Shown here in pieces: positions 25,508 to 38,059 of a stretch of 64,000 nt of DNA (position 1 is its first letter; each line of letters opens with the position of its first letter). The DNA comes from Octopus bimaculoides (Eukaryota): the NCBI RefSeq assembly GCF_001194135.2, contig NC_068990.1:26853107-26917106 (forward strand). The letters run 5' to 3'. The translations under genes and the position numbers were made by a program. The notes beneath the pieces are model-generated. The model had not been told where the DNA came from, made no database searches, and saw only the letters and a list, made by a program, of their open reading frames with translations.

Positions 25508-26526
25508 AGAGACGAACCACTACTCAGTCGACGAAGAACCCGTCCAAAACCATGTTGTGAGGCATATATCATATAGATACTAATCTAAAATTTTAATAAT
25601 TTTAATAATATATAATATATCGTACATAGAAACATTCATCATAAAAATATTAATCTAAAAATCAAATAAAGCATAAATTGGACAGTAAAAATTAATACAA
25701 TAATATAATGTATAAAAGTATAAAGTATAAAAGTCAGTACTTGTACATAGACTACGCGTGTTTCATGGCTGAATTAAGACTATATAAAATCATAGAACGG
25801 GAAAATGAGGTCAAATTCCTATATAAAAATTTTTTTAAATACCTAAAAGCATTATAAGGAATAAGAATAAACATAAGAAATAAAATAAATAATATATAAA
25901 AAGAGACCAAACTTGTAAGGGAATCCCTAAGTTAACGGCATTATTATTATTATTAAATGTTACAAGCTAAAAATATTGAAATAGAGTATTATAGTGAACA
26001 AGGTTAAATCATTATAGAAGAAGTAAATAAATGTAAAAAACGTGTTAGTGTATAAGGTTAATAAAAAAACGTAAGTCAATATTGTTTAGAATAAATTTAA
26101 AAAAAAAACATGACTTATCTGTCGGCAGGTTACTGAAGATTAAACTGAAGTCAGTGTACTTTAGCATTTATACTGAAAAGTTACGTGACAAATATGGCGT
26201 CCATTACCCAGAGATAAATACGTATTATATTTACTATAATAATAACGAAATTACCGAAAGATTTTCTCTCGTTTTATAATTATTATTTTGTGTAGATTTG
26301 AAGGTTTTAAGTATTTTAAATCTTCAATAAACGATATACTTTAGGTAGATCTTCTTATTTGCTAATTTAATATTTTTATGATGAATGTTTCTATGTATGA
26401 TATATTATATATTATCAAAATTATGAATTAAAATCTTAGATCAGTATTTATATGGTATATATGTCTTTTAGCATGGTTTTGGACGGGTTTTTTGTTGACT
26501 GAATTGTAGAGTGGTGGTTCGTTTCT
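25508..26526. mobile_element. ~1 kb AT-rich fold-back element with ~150 bp terminal inverted repeats
   Basis: 25508-25653 is a diverged reverse complement of 26367-26526; microsatellite flanks. Confidence 0.7.
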
Positions 26527-26759
26527 AAATTAGTTACACACACACACACACACATATATATATATTATATATTACGAAATTCTGTCTAATATTATACTGA
26601 ATTTTTACCTGTAAGGTTGGAATAACTTTTTATTCCCTAATATTATTACTATATATATATNNNNNNNNNNTAGAAACTCCAAGTTTATATTAAATATTTT
26701 GTATAATATATATAAATAAATAAATAGGGTTAAACACAGGTGTTATTCAAATTCTTTTA

Positions 26760-26844
26760 CTTCCGACACGTTTCGAAGATATCATTGATATTATTCCAAA
26801 GGAATAAAATGGTGTAAAACAATGAAGTCTTCTCTCCAGGGAAA
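26760..26844 (-). ncRNA. Type I hammerhead ribozyme in the PLE 3' region (A6G variant, long stem II)
   Basis: TTTCC-CTGGAGA-GAAGA...TCTTC-GAAA-CGTG-TC|GGAAG. Stem II is extended by TCATTG/CAATGA; GUC triplet. Confidence 0.8.
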
Positions 26845-27437
26845 TGAAGAAATGAAACTCGTCAATAAGACATTTTAACAGAAAATGATGGATGGATATG
26901 TATAGTGATTAACTGAACGCTAATAAGTTTGTTTCGAAAAAAACGTTAGATGATATAACGTTAAAGGTAGCCTATAGAGAGAGGAGGGGTAAAAGAAAGA
27001 AGAAACCAAATAAATGAGAAGTATATAACTATGTGTATATTAAATAAAAACCATATAGTCTTGGAAAAATATATATCTAGTGAATGTGAAATGTAAGAAG
27101 AAATTTAATGTTTAAATTATATATAATGATAGATATCATTCATATGAACTAAAGGTGTGTTTCTGCCAATGTTTACATCGGTATTCATGCTCTATAACCG
27201 TGTTTACAAAGGAATTTTTAGAAAAAAAAGAATAAAAAATAGTTCAGAATTACAGAGAAGACAGAATTCCTTGCCTTTGTCATAAGGGATTGAAATTGAG
27301 AGAATCAACCAATCTAAATTAAATTGTTTATTGTGGTCTTTTAGATATCAAATTAATTAACTAAGCCCTGTACTGTTACATTTATTCATATCCCTAAATG
27401 TAGAGTAATGATAAGAAATTCTTCAAGATAATTCTAC

Positions 27438-27870
27438 AAGGCGTAGGAGTGGCTGTGTGGTGATTGGCTTGCTTACGAACCACATGGTTCCCGGTTCAGT
27501 CCCACTTCGTGGCAACTTGGGCAAGTGTCTTCTACTTTAGCCTCGGGCCGACCAAAGACTTGTGAGTGGATTTGGTGGACGGAAACTGAAAGAAGCCCGT
27601 CGTATATATGTGTATATATATATATGTGTGTATGTGTGTGTGCGTATATGTTTGTGTGCTTGTGTTTGTCTCCCATCATCACTTGACAACCGATGATGCT
27701 GTGTTTACGTCCCCGTAACTTAGCGGTTCGGCAGAGGAGACCGATAAAATAAGTACAGGGATTGCAAAGAATAAGTCCTGGGGTCGATTTGCTCGACTAA
27801 AGGCAGTGCTCCAGCGTGGCCACAGTCAAATGACTGAAACAAGTAAAAGAGTAAAAGATTAAAGAGACAG
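27438..27870 (+). mobile_element. SINE family B inserted into the PLE GIY-YIG domain
   Basis: Complete head, microsatellite and body; GIY-YIG coding remnants continue on both sides. Confidence 0.9.
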
Positions 27871-29069
27871 AGTATAACTGAGAAGATGTACTTCCAATAT
27901 AAAAAAATACTTCATTACCAGAAGTAATTTTACACTGGTATACAGAATTTTTAATTGTAGAGTTACTTGACGTAAACTTGATTCTGTTGTTATTGACTTC
28001 AGATACAATAACCTTGTTATTAATATTTCTAGTGAGATGGGTGGTATTAGCCAAATTAATGTTAGTACTAGTAAATGCATCAATATTTAATAGTTTAATA
28101 TTATGTGAAGAGATAATTGGTAAGAGATTTTTTGTGTTAGAAAAACCAATCTTAACCGTGTGTGAGTTGATAATAGAGTAATACCGAGAATTCTTTGGAA
28201 AATTCCTAATAATAGCATCACGAAACTGCAAAGGTAGATTAGATTTACTTTGCCTCCCATAAGGAATAATTAACCAAATTGTTTTACTATTAGTTACCTT
28301 ATTTTTAGTGTAACTATCTTTGAAAAACATAGATTTACCTTTAGAACAAAAATAGGGGATTAAATAAGAGTTATCTCCCTTCCTCTGTTTGGTGTTGGCG
28401 TATAAATTAAAATTGATATCGTTTACATCCTTACAACTAGATTTCGTATCTCCATTAGTAAAGGTAGAATAAGATTGAATGGAATTAATGTAGGTAACTT
28501 TCTCTGTATAACCTGCTTTAAGTTATGCAGAGTTATAAAATTCGGCCTTATCTCTGAAAATGTCAACATTAATCAGATAACTCTAAATGAAATATTCTTA
28601 ACGAAGTTCTTAGTTATTGCCCTAGAATGATTACTGAATTTGCCAATATACTTTAAGATTGGTCAATGGTTTATGGTATGGAAAGTACGAGTTATTGTGT
28701 AAGTTAAGTGTAATATCTAAAAAGTTGGCCTTCGTTACGTCATAATCATAGACGATGCCTAAGTCCATTCTACGGAAAAAATTAACTAAACTATTCTTAA
28801 CTTTTTGTACTTTTTGGTCGGAAACATTTTGAAGGAAAAGTAAACAATCATCACGAAATAGACCTCCATTTATGTTTAGGAACTGTTCTGCCATTTCAAA
28901 AAGTATATATACACAGACTAAATCAGCTACTTGTGCTGAATCCGAACTTCCCATCGTAACATCAAAACCATCTTGTGTGTCTTTACGGACCCATAACTTA
29001 TTGTCAAATTTCATGATAGATTTTCTTGCGACCAACACAACATTAATTTCTTCCCTGGTGAGACCAGCT

Positions 29070-29230
29070 TAGTTATGAGCAAGCCAAAGTGCCTTATTAA
29101 GTATTATTGGGTTGGTGGAGGAATAAAAACTAGAAATGTCAAACTGGATAAACTTAGTGCTCCTCTTACTATTAAAAGAACTAAACCAGTGTTGGGATGA
29201 CAAACACAGACACACAAACACACGCATATC
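29070..29230 (-). mobile_element. Partial SINE family B body
   Basis: AACTTAGTGCTCCTCTTACT..CCAGTGTTGGGATGACAAACACAGACAC, resembling the reverse complement of the family B body. Confidence 0.5.
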
Positions 29231-29238
29231 TACATACA

Positions 29239-29272
<34 letters not shown>

Positions 29273-29294
29273 CATTTTTATATATATATATATA

Positions 29295-30355
29295 TTGGGT
29301 TGGCAACTAAGTTCCTGTCATTTTTTTAAATTTTGGAATCTATTTTTTCGAGGATTTTGTTTTTGAATCATTTTGGAATCTTTTTTTTTCTAGTTAATTT
29401 TAGTTAATTTTTGTTTATTTTCAGATCATTGAAATGGAATGTCAAGTTAAGAAAAACGAGCATTTTTGACACCTCCTTTTTGCTTTTAATCAAGGTTCTA
29501 CGGCCGCAAAAGCTGCTCGTGACATTTGTACTGTATACGGAGAGGGTGCCATAGCTGAAAGAACTGCTCATGATTGGTATGCCAAGTTCAAAAATGGAAA
29601 TTTTGACCTCAAAGACGCACCTCATTCTGGCTACCCGGTTGAGTTCGACGAGGAGCGATTAAACCAACTTTTGCACGAAAACTCTCATCAAACGACAAGG
29701 TAACTGGCAGAGGAAATAGAATGCTCCCACACTGCTATACAGAAGCATCTTCACTCGATAGGAAAGGTTCAGAAGTGTGAAGCACGGGTTCCGCATGCTT
29801 TAAGTGACAAAAATCAATGAGCCACAATCTCCACTGGTTTGCTTGCTCGTCACCGCTCAACTCATGAACACAAGCAACAATTTCTTTACCGAATCATTAC
29901 TGGCGACGAAAAATAGTGTTTGTACATCAATATGAAGCAGTGTAAGGAATGGCTTAGCCCCAGTAAACAAGCGACACTGCACGTGAAACAAGATAATCAT
30001 CCACGTAAAACGATGTTGTACATATGGTGGGACTGAGAAGGGATTATCTATTACGAATTACTTGAACGGAACCAAATGGTCAACGCGGAACTTTATGTTC
30101 AACACGGCTATTCAAGAGAAAAGACCTAATTGGAAGCATGGAGTTCTTCTGCTGTATGACAACGCCCGCCCTCATATTGCCAATATGACCAAGGAAGCTA
30201 TTCAAACGCACGGCTGGGAAGTGCTGCCACACCCGCCGTACTCTCCTAATTTGGCACCAACTGATTTCCACCTCTTTCGATCTCTTCGATCTCAGTATTG
30301 AACGAAACAGTGTTTCGTTCAATACTGATGTAGAATTGAGAGCTTGGTTGGATCA
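29295..30355 (+). pseudogene. Decayed mariner transposon (mellifera-subfamily-like TIR); left TIR present, right end missing
   Basis: TA followed by TTGGGTTGGCAACTAAGT; ATG at 29434. MECQVKKNEH...RIITGDEK, LLLYDNARPH, HPPYSPNLAPTDFHLFRSL, SFNTDVELRAWLDQ; multiple stops. Confidence 0.92.
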
Positions 30356-30644
30356 AGAGCCAGTCCAGGGGCACTAGCAACGATCTCGCTCGAAAATCCT
30401 ACGAAGGCCAGTCAGGCGGTACTGGCGACACATATATATATAGACATATATAACATATATATATATATATATATATATANNNNNNNNNNNNNNNNNNNNN
30501 NNNNNNNNNNNNNNNNNNNNNNNNNNNNNNNNNNNNNNNNNNNNNNNNNNNNNNNNNNNNNNNNNNNNNNNNNNNNNNNNNNNNNNNNNNNNNNNNNNNN
30601 NNNNNNNNNNNNNNNNNNNNNNNNNNNNNNNNNNNNNNNNNNNA

Positions 30645-30696
<52 letters not shown>

Positions 30697-30966
30697 AGAG
30701 AGAGAGAGAGAGAGTGAGAGAGACAGACAGAGAAAGAGAGAGAACATGTATAAATTGACAGATGAAGCCAGCAAATGGAGGAACTTCGAAGTCACAATTA
30801 ACCAGTTACTTATAAAAAACAAACAAACAAACAAACATGCTAATTTCCTGCAGTGAGTGATCCTTCAATTACTCTTTTACTGCTTTCACATTAATTTTTC
30901 CTTATAAATAGACATTAAACCAATATACACACCTCCATACACACACACACACGCATACGCATATTC

Positions 30967-30998
<32 letters not shown>

Positions 30999-31974
30999 AC
31001 CCACACACACACACATGTACTTATATGTATACGTATACATACAGACATATACACATATACACGTGTTGCAATGTTAGAGAACAATAGGACCTCACTAATT
31101 ATGAGTTCCACTGAAAGTTGTTGGACTCGTTAAATAAATCATATGAGTTCATTTGTATATGTTTTAGTTTGTTTTCTCTTTATGCTTTTGTTTTTGTTTA
31201 ATTACTTTCAATATTTGCACAGGTTTTTCTTTTTTTTTTTTATTAATTTTTTATATTTTTAGTTTTAATTTCTGATTGCAGGATTGGCAGTAACAGGTAG
31301 CAACAGCAGCAACAACAACAACAACGACTTCAGAACTAGCATGGAAAAGAAGGAAAAGAAGGAAAAGAAAAGGGAAATGAAGTGAAATAAAATAAGAAAT
31401 AATATAAAGAATGAAAGCAATAAAATGCAAAGACAGTATTAGCCATTGCTGTGTGAGCAACAATTATGAAGAAAAACAACAACAACAACAGCAATAATGC
31501 CGTACAAAGGAACAATGCTAAGAAGTAGATCGGCTACATCATCACAACAACCTTAATCAAATAACAACAACTGATAACGACAACAACAATAACAATTACA
31601 ACACCAGCAGCAGCGGTAACAACAGCTGTAGCAGTAGCAGCAGCAGTAGCAGCATCTGTAGCAGCAGCAGTAGCAGCAGCAGTAGTAGGTGGAGGAATAA
31701 CTGGATCATGAATGGGGAGCCAATTAGGGTTTGGTCGTTAGATAACTTGGTCTGCTAGAAATAGCAGTTATGGTCCCTCCTGTATAGCAGTCCGATGTTC
31801 TTGCGAATAAAGGGAGGGAGCACATTGGAGGATGTAGTCCCTGATACACTAGGCCTGGAAAAGGAAAAAGAGAAATAGGCGAAGGCTGTTTGGTTGCGGA
31901 TGGATTAATTTGTTTTGGTCAAGGATGGCTTGGGGTGGGGGCAGCAGCAGCAGCAACAACAACACCAAGGGCGA

Positions 31975-32100
31975 TTTTGCCATTTGCCTTAAATCCTTCT
32001 GGGGTCGGTAAAATAAGCAGCCAGTGGAGCACTGGGGGTTGATATCATCGATTTAGCCCCTCCCCCCAAATTGCTGGCCTTGTGCCAAAATTTGAGACCA
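31975..32100 (+). mobile_element. Partial SINE family C
   Basis: TTTGCCTTAAATCCTTCTGGGGTCGGTAAAATAAG..GGCCTTGTGCCAAAATTTGA. Confidence 0.7.
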
Positions 32101-32311
32101 ATGTAGAATCGCATAGTTCATGCCTTACACACACACACACACACACGCATATACCGACACATATAAACACACTGTTCTTGTATCGCTTTGAGTAGTCTTA
32201 CCGCTACATTTTGAAAGTCCAATTGTCTATGATTTATTTGCGTTGTTGTTGCACATATTGTTGTAGCTCATGATCATCATCACCATCATCTTTACAACCA
32301 CCACCCTCGCC

Positions 32312-32359
<48 letters not shown>

Positions 32360-32831
32360 ACCATCACCGCCTCCACCTCCATCACTAGTGGCATTATTGT
32401 TATATTACCAGCCTTATGTTTGTTCAATATTTTTTTTTCCTTTTCTATTTGCCTTTGCAAACCAGAAATAATCTCATTTAATACAAGCATCTTTACTTAC
32501 TGCCAATGTTGTTGTTGTTGTTGTTACTGATTTTGTTTTTGAATAATTATTTTTGTTGTCGTTGTTGTTCTTGTAGCCAGTTATACTACTTTAAATTAGG
32601 CACTTTCATGTTGGTCGTTGAAATGTTTACAGCTATGTAAACAAATGCACTCAAATATGTGTATATAGAGATATGCATGAATATATAGATATGTATGTAT
32701 ATGGGTGTTATCACAGATACACAGAAACACTCACTTATACAGATACATGTGTGTAGTCACTATGACACATACACATAAATTTGCGTATATATATATATAT
32801 ACATATATATACATATATATATATATATATA

Positions 32832-33407
32832 CATAGGCATGCAGGAAGTAAATAGACACCTTTAATTTTCAAAATCTCTGATCTAAGCGTCTTAATATGT
32901 TTTCAGCAGTGTAGAATTTACAATGTAATTATTCTTTTTCATTCCAGGTGCCATTATATTAAGCATTTGTGAAGAGTAACCATGCCACGTACAAAAAATT
33001 CAGCAGAACTGTCAGATTTTCAAAGAGGTCGTACTGTTGGGCAATCTGACGCTGGACTTAGCCCGCGAAAAATTGCCGAAGATCTTCAAATTCCTCTTGC
33101 TACTGCTAATAGAATTATAGTGCAATTCAAAAACCAAAGAAAAGGATCAACAGATTCTCGTCCCGGCCGATTTGGGCCCTCGGAAAGGAAGTCTTGCTGT
33201 TTGAAGAGAATTGTGGAAAACAAACCCCGTTCGAAGACTTCTGACATTACAAAACAGCAAGAAGTTAGTCCAAGAACGTGTGTTACATATCTGCATAAGC
33301 TTGGGTATTATGGACAAGCAGCTAGAAGAAAACCTCTCCTTCAACCAATTAATATCTAATATAAAATTTTGAAAATTAAAGGTGTCTATTTACTTCCTGC
33401 ATGTCCG
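32832..33407 (+). mobile_element. Internally deleted Tc1-family transposon with both TIRs
   Basis: 38-bp perfect inverted repeat CATGCAGGAAGTAAATAGACACCTTTAATTTTCAAAAT at 32838-32875 and 33366-33403; inserted in (TA)n. Confidence 0.92.
32982..33359 (+). CDS. Open 125-aa ORF encoding only the Tc1 transposase N-terminal HTH DNA-binding region
   Basis: MPRTKNSAELSDFQRGRTVG..GLSPRKIA..GRFGP..VSPRT..LHKLGYYGQAARRKPLL, with a stop at the deletion junction. No DDE domain. Expression unknown. Confidence 0.55.
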   Translation: MPRTKNSAELSDFQRGRTVGQSDAGLSPRKIAEDLQIPLATANRIIVQFKNQRKGSTDSRPGRFGPSERKSCCLKRIVENKPRSKTSDITKQQEVSPRTCVTYLHKLGYYGQAARRKPLLQPINI

Positions 33408-33556
33408 TATATATATGTATATATATATATATTTATATTGCAAATTCTAGAGGTAATACTTGATAATTGTAAGCACCTGTATATGCCAGATAGTGGCCGA
33501 GGTGAAAGAATATATTAAAAACGTAAAGTTAAAAATTCAAACAGAACACAAAGGAT

Positions 33557-33661
33557 TCCGCGGTACATGTGTTTCAAGCTTTATACACAAACAGTCGTTG
33601 CATCATTATATTAGTATATAATTGATATACAGGATGGTTTAAAGCTATCTTCGGCCGCAAA
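33557..33661 (-). ncRNA. Type I hammerhead ribozyme (U4C variant, large stem II loop)
   Basis: TTTGCGG-CCGAAGA-T-AGCTTTA-(56 nt)-TAAAGCT-T-GAAA-C-ACAT-G-TA|CCGCGGA. Lies within a ~370 bp unique segment between (TA)n and a gap. Confidence 0.8.
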
Positions 33662-34692
33662 TATATTCCGTCCCAAGATTATATCACAAAGAAGAAATCA
33701 CAAAGAAAAAAGAAAAAGAGAGAGAAAAAGCGGAAGTCCACTTGGTATTATACATTGTAATATCCATAGTAATATGCTGATCCTTTAAGTTGATACATTT
33801 ACATAANNNNNNNNNNNNNNNNNNNNNNNNNNNNNNNNNNNNNNNNNNNNNNNNNNNNNNNNNNNNNNNNNNNNNNNNNNNNNNNNNNNNNNNNNNNNNN
33901 NNNNNNNNNNNNNNNNNNNNNNNNNNNNNNNNNNNNNNNNNNNNNNNNNNNNNNNNNNNNNNNNNNNNNNNNNNNNNNNNNNNNNNNNNNNNNNNNNNNN
34001 NNNNNNNNNNNNNNNNNNNNNNNNNNNNNNNNNNNNNNNNNNNNNNNNNNNNNNNNNNNNNNNNNNNNNNNNNNNNNNNNNNNNNNNNNNNNNNNNNNNN
34101 NNNNNNNNNNNNNNNNNNNNNNNNNNNNNNNNNNNNNNNNNNNNNNNNNNNNNNNNNNNNNNNNNNNNNNNNNNNNNNNNNNNNNNNNNNNNNNNNNNNN
34201 NNNNNNNNNNNNNNNNNNNNNNNNNNNNNNNNNNNNNNNNNNNNNNNNNNNNNNNNNNNNNNNNNNNNNNNNNNNNNNNNNNNNNNNNNNNNNNNNNNNN
34301 NNNNNNNNNNNNNNNNNNNNNNNNNNNNNNNNNNNNNNNNNNNNNNNNNNNNNNNNNNNNNNNNNNNNNNNNNNNNNNNNNNNNNNNNNNNNNNNNNNNN
34401 NNNNNNNNNNNNNNNNNNNNNNNNNNNNNNNNNNNNNNNNNNNNNNNNNNNNNNNNNNNNNNNNNNNNNNNNNNNNNNNNNNNNNNNNNNNNNNNNNNNN
34501 NNNNNNNNNNNNNNNNNNNNNNNNNNNNNNNNNNNNNNNNNNNNNNNNNNNNNNNNNNNNNNNNNNNNNNNNNNNNNNNNNNNNNNNNNNNNNNNNNNNN
34601 NNNNNNNNNNNNNNNNNNNNNNNNNNNNNNNNNNNNNNNNNNNNNNNNNNNNNNNNNNNNNNNNNNNNNNNNNNNNNNNNNNNNNNNNNNNN

Positions 34693-34726
<34 letters not shown>

Positions 34727-36054
34727 CATTATCGTTATTATTATTATTATTTGAAATGATATTATATGTAACTCTTACTAAATATGTTGAGTGTCTTTTA
34801 CTTTCATTTGTCCACTCACTCATATATATATATATGTATATATATATACGCACAAACATGTCTTAGGTCAGTCTTGCCTTTTATCTTTTTTCTGGTCAAT
34901 AAAGCTCTAATCTAATACTGAAGTCGACTAATCTTTCCTTTCTCACTTGCACTTATCTTCTTTCTCTCACTACTTACTTTCTGTCCTTCTCTCTCTCTCA
35001 CTCACTCTCTGTCCCTCCACAAGTGTGAAAACTATTGCTGAAAGCACTTTTCTTGTAAGCTGGTCATGTCATGACAGCTTCCTTATGACTTCATTAGGAA
35101 GAGGCAGTGGAGTGTCCAATGATATTATGTGCACGCACACACACACACACACACACACATATATGTGTATATATGGGTAAGTGTAAATATATATATTTAT
35201 CAATGTACGAATACACCTACATATACACATCTACATAGATGTATACACATAAGAATGTGGTACAGTAGTTGTGTCAAAGTTATCTTGGTTAGTTTCTGTA
35301 TGGCGTTATCACCCATCCCTTACACATCACACGCCTTCAAGTTATGTCACAGCCAGCAGCATTCAACAAATGCCAGAACAACATGACTATATCTCTCGCT
35401 AATCTTTCACTCAACGATGATTAATATATTCTCTCGACCAATCAGATCTGATCAAATAAAAAAAAAAAAAAAAAATCTATGATTGAAATATTTCAAAGAA
35501 TCTACAAAGTTGTTTGTACAAATTAAACCACTGCGAGACTTTACATCAATCAGTTGTGAACCAATATTGGAACTAGTTTTATGTTTCAATTAAACTGTGT
35601 ACTTAAAATATTTTCCCCTCCGCTATTTTACAAACATGCAATGAAGCCAAGAATTAATTTACAGTTTGTTTTCTTTACTTTCTGCTTTTTCTGTGTTTTT
35701 TTTTTGTCTTCTTTTGCATCGTTATTTTAAATCGAACATAACGGTAAAAAAAGAAACACAAAAATCAAAACAAAACAGAAACAAATGTTTGCGATCATTT
35801 TCAGTTTGCAGTTTTCATACAATCTTATGTTAAATAAATACTTTGGGAAAACATACGAGAAACATCAGAATTCTGTAGAACACAGATGCTGTCTCAGTCA
35901 TCAATTAGATTATTATTATTTAAGTTTCCACTCGCTAATGCCGCTTGTTAAAAATGGTAAAAAACATGCTATAATTATTTAAGGTTTCTTACTTACAAAA
36001 GATGTAGCAGTTAGTTGGAATTCAACATCAACTATTCTTAAATAAAGCATGTGA

Positions 36055-37085
36055 AGGTACATGGCTTAGTGGTTAGGGTGTTGCACTCATGAATGCTAGA
36101 TCATGATTTCAATTCCGGGATTGGGCAGTGTGTTGTGTTCTTGAGTGAAACACTTCATTTTGCATTACACCATTCCACTCAGCTGTAAATGTGTCACAAG
36201 GCCTGAAATTTTTGGAGAGGGGGTGCCAGTGGATTAGATCGACCCCAGTACGCAGTTGGTACTTAATTTATTGACCACCCGAAAGGATGAAAGGCAAAGT
36301 CGACCTCGGTGGAATTTGAACTCAGAACGTAAAGAGAGACGAAATATTAAATGGGTCACTTTGCAACAGACCAGCCTTCCAATTGGGGGAATGTTGACCT
36401 CTTGCCTGACCTGTGGGGTGGCAATATTCAAAAGCTAAATAAGATGGTGAGCTGGCAGAAACTTTAGCATGCCGGGTGAAATGCTTAGCAGTATTTTGTC
36501 TGTCTTTACGTTCTGAGTTCAAATTCTGCCAATGTCGACTTTGCCTTTCATCCTTTCAGGGTCAATAAATTAAGTACCAGTTGTGTACTGTGGTCGATCT
36601 AATTGACTGCCCTGTCTCCTCAAGAATTTCAGGCCTTGTGTCTAAAGTAGAAAAGATTATTCAAAAACTAAAATGAGGCAAAGTGCACTGTGACCAGTGA
36701 TGTGTAACAACATCTGATAGTCTGATTGATCATTACTGGTATTTCTAACGGAAAATCTGGGCTGATGACAACCAAAGTTAATTGGAATCTGAGAATATTG
36801 GCCCTTACATACTTTTGTGTAAGTGCTAAAGAGTGTAGCAAGTAAAATCTCATAATGCAGGGGGAGCTGGCAGAAACGTTAGCACGTCGGGCGAAATAAT
36901 TAGCGGTATTTCGTCGGCTGTTACGTTCTGAGTTCAAATTCTGCCGAGGTCAACTTTGCTTCTCATCCTTTTTTTGTCAATAAATTAAGTACCAGTTACG
37001 CACTGGGGTTGATGTAATCGACTTAATCCATTTGTCTGTCCTTGCTTGTCCCCTCTATGTTTAGCCCCTTGTGGGTAGTAAAGAA
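36055..37085. mobile_element. SINE cluster: D-like head (36055-36195 +) and family C copies (36200-36340 -, 36445-36660 +, 36862-37085 +)
   Basis: Family-diagnostic motifs read directly. Confidence 0.8.
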
Positions 37086-38059
37086 AGAAGGTAAAACCTC
37101 TGGTTCATTGCACTTGAAAACTGTTTCAAGAGTAAGCATTTCATCTGCATCAATTCAAACCGTGATGGTAGCTGAAAATGAAACAAAATTTTTCCTTCAG
37201 TTTTTATCATGGTTTGGGCAAGTGCACACCTTTTATTTGTTGTCGCAATGTGTCTCAAAAATAGGTATCAAGCCTCACTGGGAATATCAGTGCTCAAAAG
37301 TATTTCAACTTTGATCAGCATTTATACATGTGTGTATTTAAGATTATGTTATGTGAAGGTGCATGGCATTGTGATTAGGCAGCTGTTGCCCTGATGATCA
37401 CAAGGTCATGGTTTCAATTCTGAGACCAGGCAGTGCGTTGCATCCTTGAACGAAACATTCAATTCCACATTGCTTCAATCCACTCAGCCGTAAACGAAGA
37501 ACTTTGTGATGGACTGGCATCCTATCCAGGAGAAATGCTGAGATCTCACCCAATTATATATCATGGAAATCAGGTAACCCACCCTACGAGCCCTAGGACT
37601 CAAAACAGCACTTCCCAAGGGATGATGGGTATAAAACTATACTGTCCTCTATGATCCTACTTTACTTAAATTCAGTTGGATATGATTTTGAGGGCATTTA
37701 GCTGTTACTTCGAAGAGAATTGGGTCCCAAGTACAGGTTCCTTACAGCTGTCTCTGTCTCATCATACAGGAAGGGGATAAACTTATAATCCGTTATATGC
37801 TTATCCCTGTTGGTTGTTTAAGTTGGAGAAAAGACACAGGGAGGAGGTCCTTAGAAATGTCTTATAGGAATAGTGGAATAGGGAATTAGCAGAGCGTGAC
37901 ATTAGGAGGGCAAACAAAGGAGTGGTGAGTTCAAATCTGAGGGTGATCGGTGTTAGAGATTAATTGACAATTGGGGGAAATGAGTGATGATAAGAATGAA
38001 AGGTGATGAGGCAATAGAATTGTTGGTTTGTTGAAGCAAACATTGAAAGAGAAACAAGG

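Larger units (their letters stand above)
26671..29069 (-). mobile_element. 5'-truncated Penelope-like retroelement, Naiad-like (RT, GIY-YIG, 3' region with HHR); pseudogenised
   Basis: FDVTMGSSDSAQVADLV, GGLFRDDCL, NFLDITLNL..PYHKP (28631-29038); IWLIIPY..IISSHN..SVYQCKIT..YIGST (27871-28330); RISYHYSTF..FCLLC..RCKH (27136-27436); HHR at 26760-26844. Confidence 0.85.

Noticed and set aside
25525-25556. Degenerate hammerhead in the fold-back termini (GACGAAGAACCCGTCCAAAACCATG)
   Set aside because: Both arms lack CUGA and GAAA; too many changes would have to be assumed.
27136-27436. In-frame TGA as selenocysteine in the Naiad-like endonuclease
   Set aside because: The TGA seen (LI*YLK) falls at a usual Trp position amid other stops and frameshifts, so it is ordinary decay.
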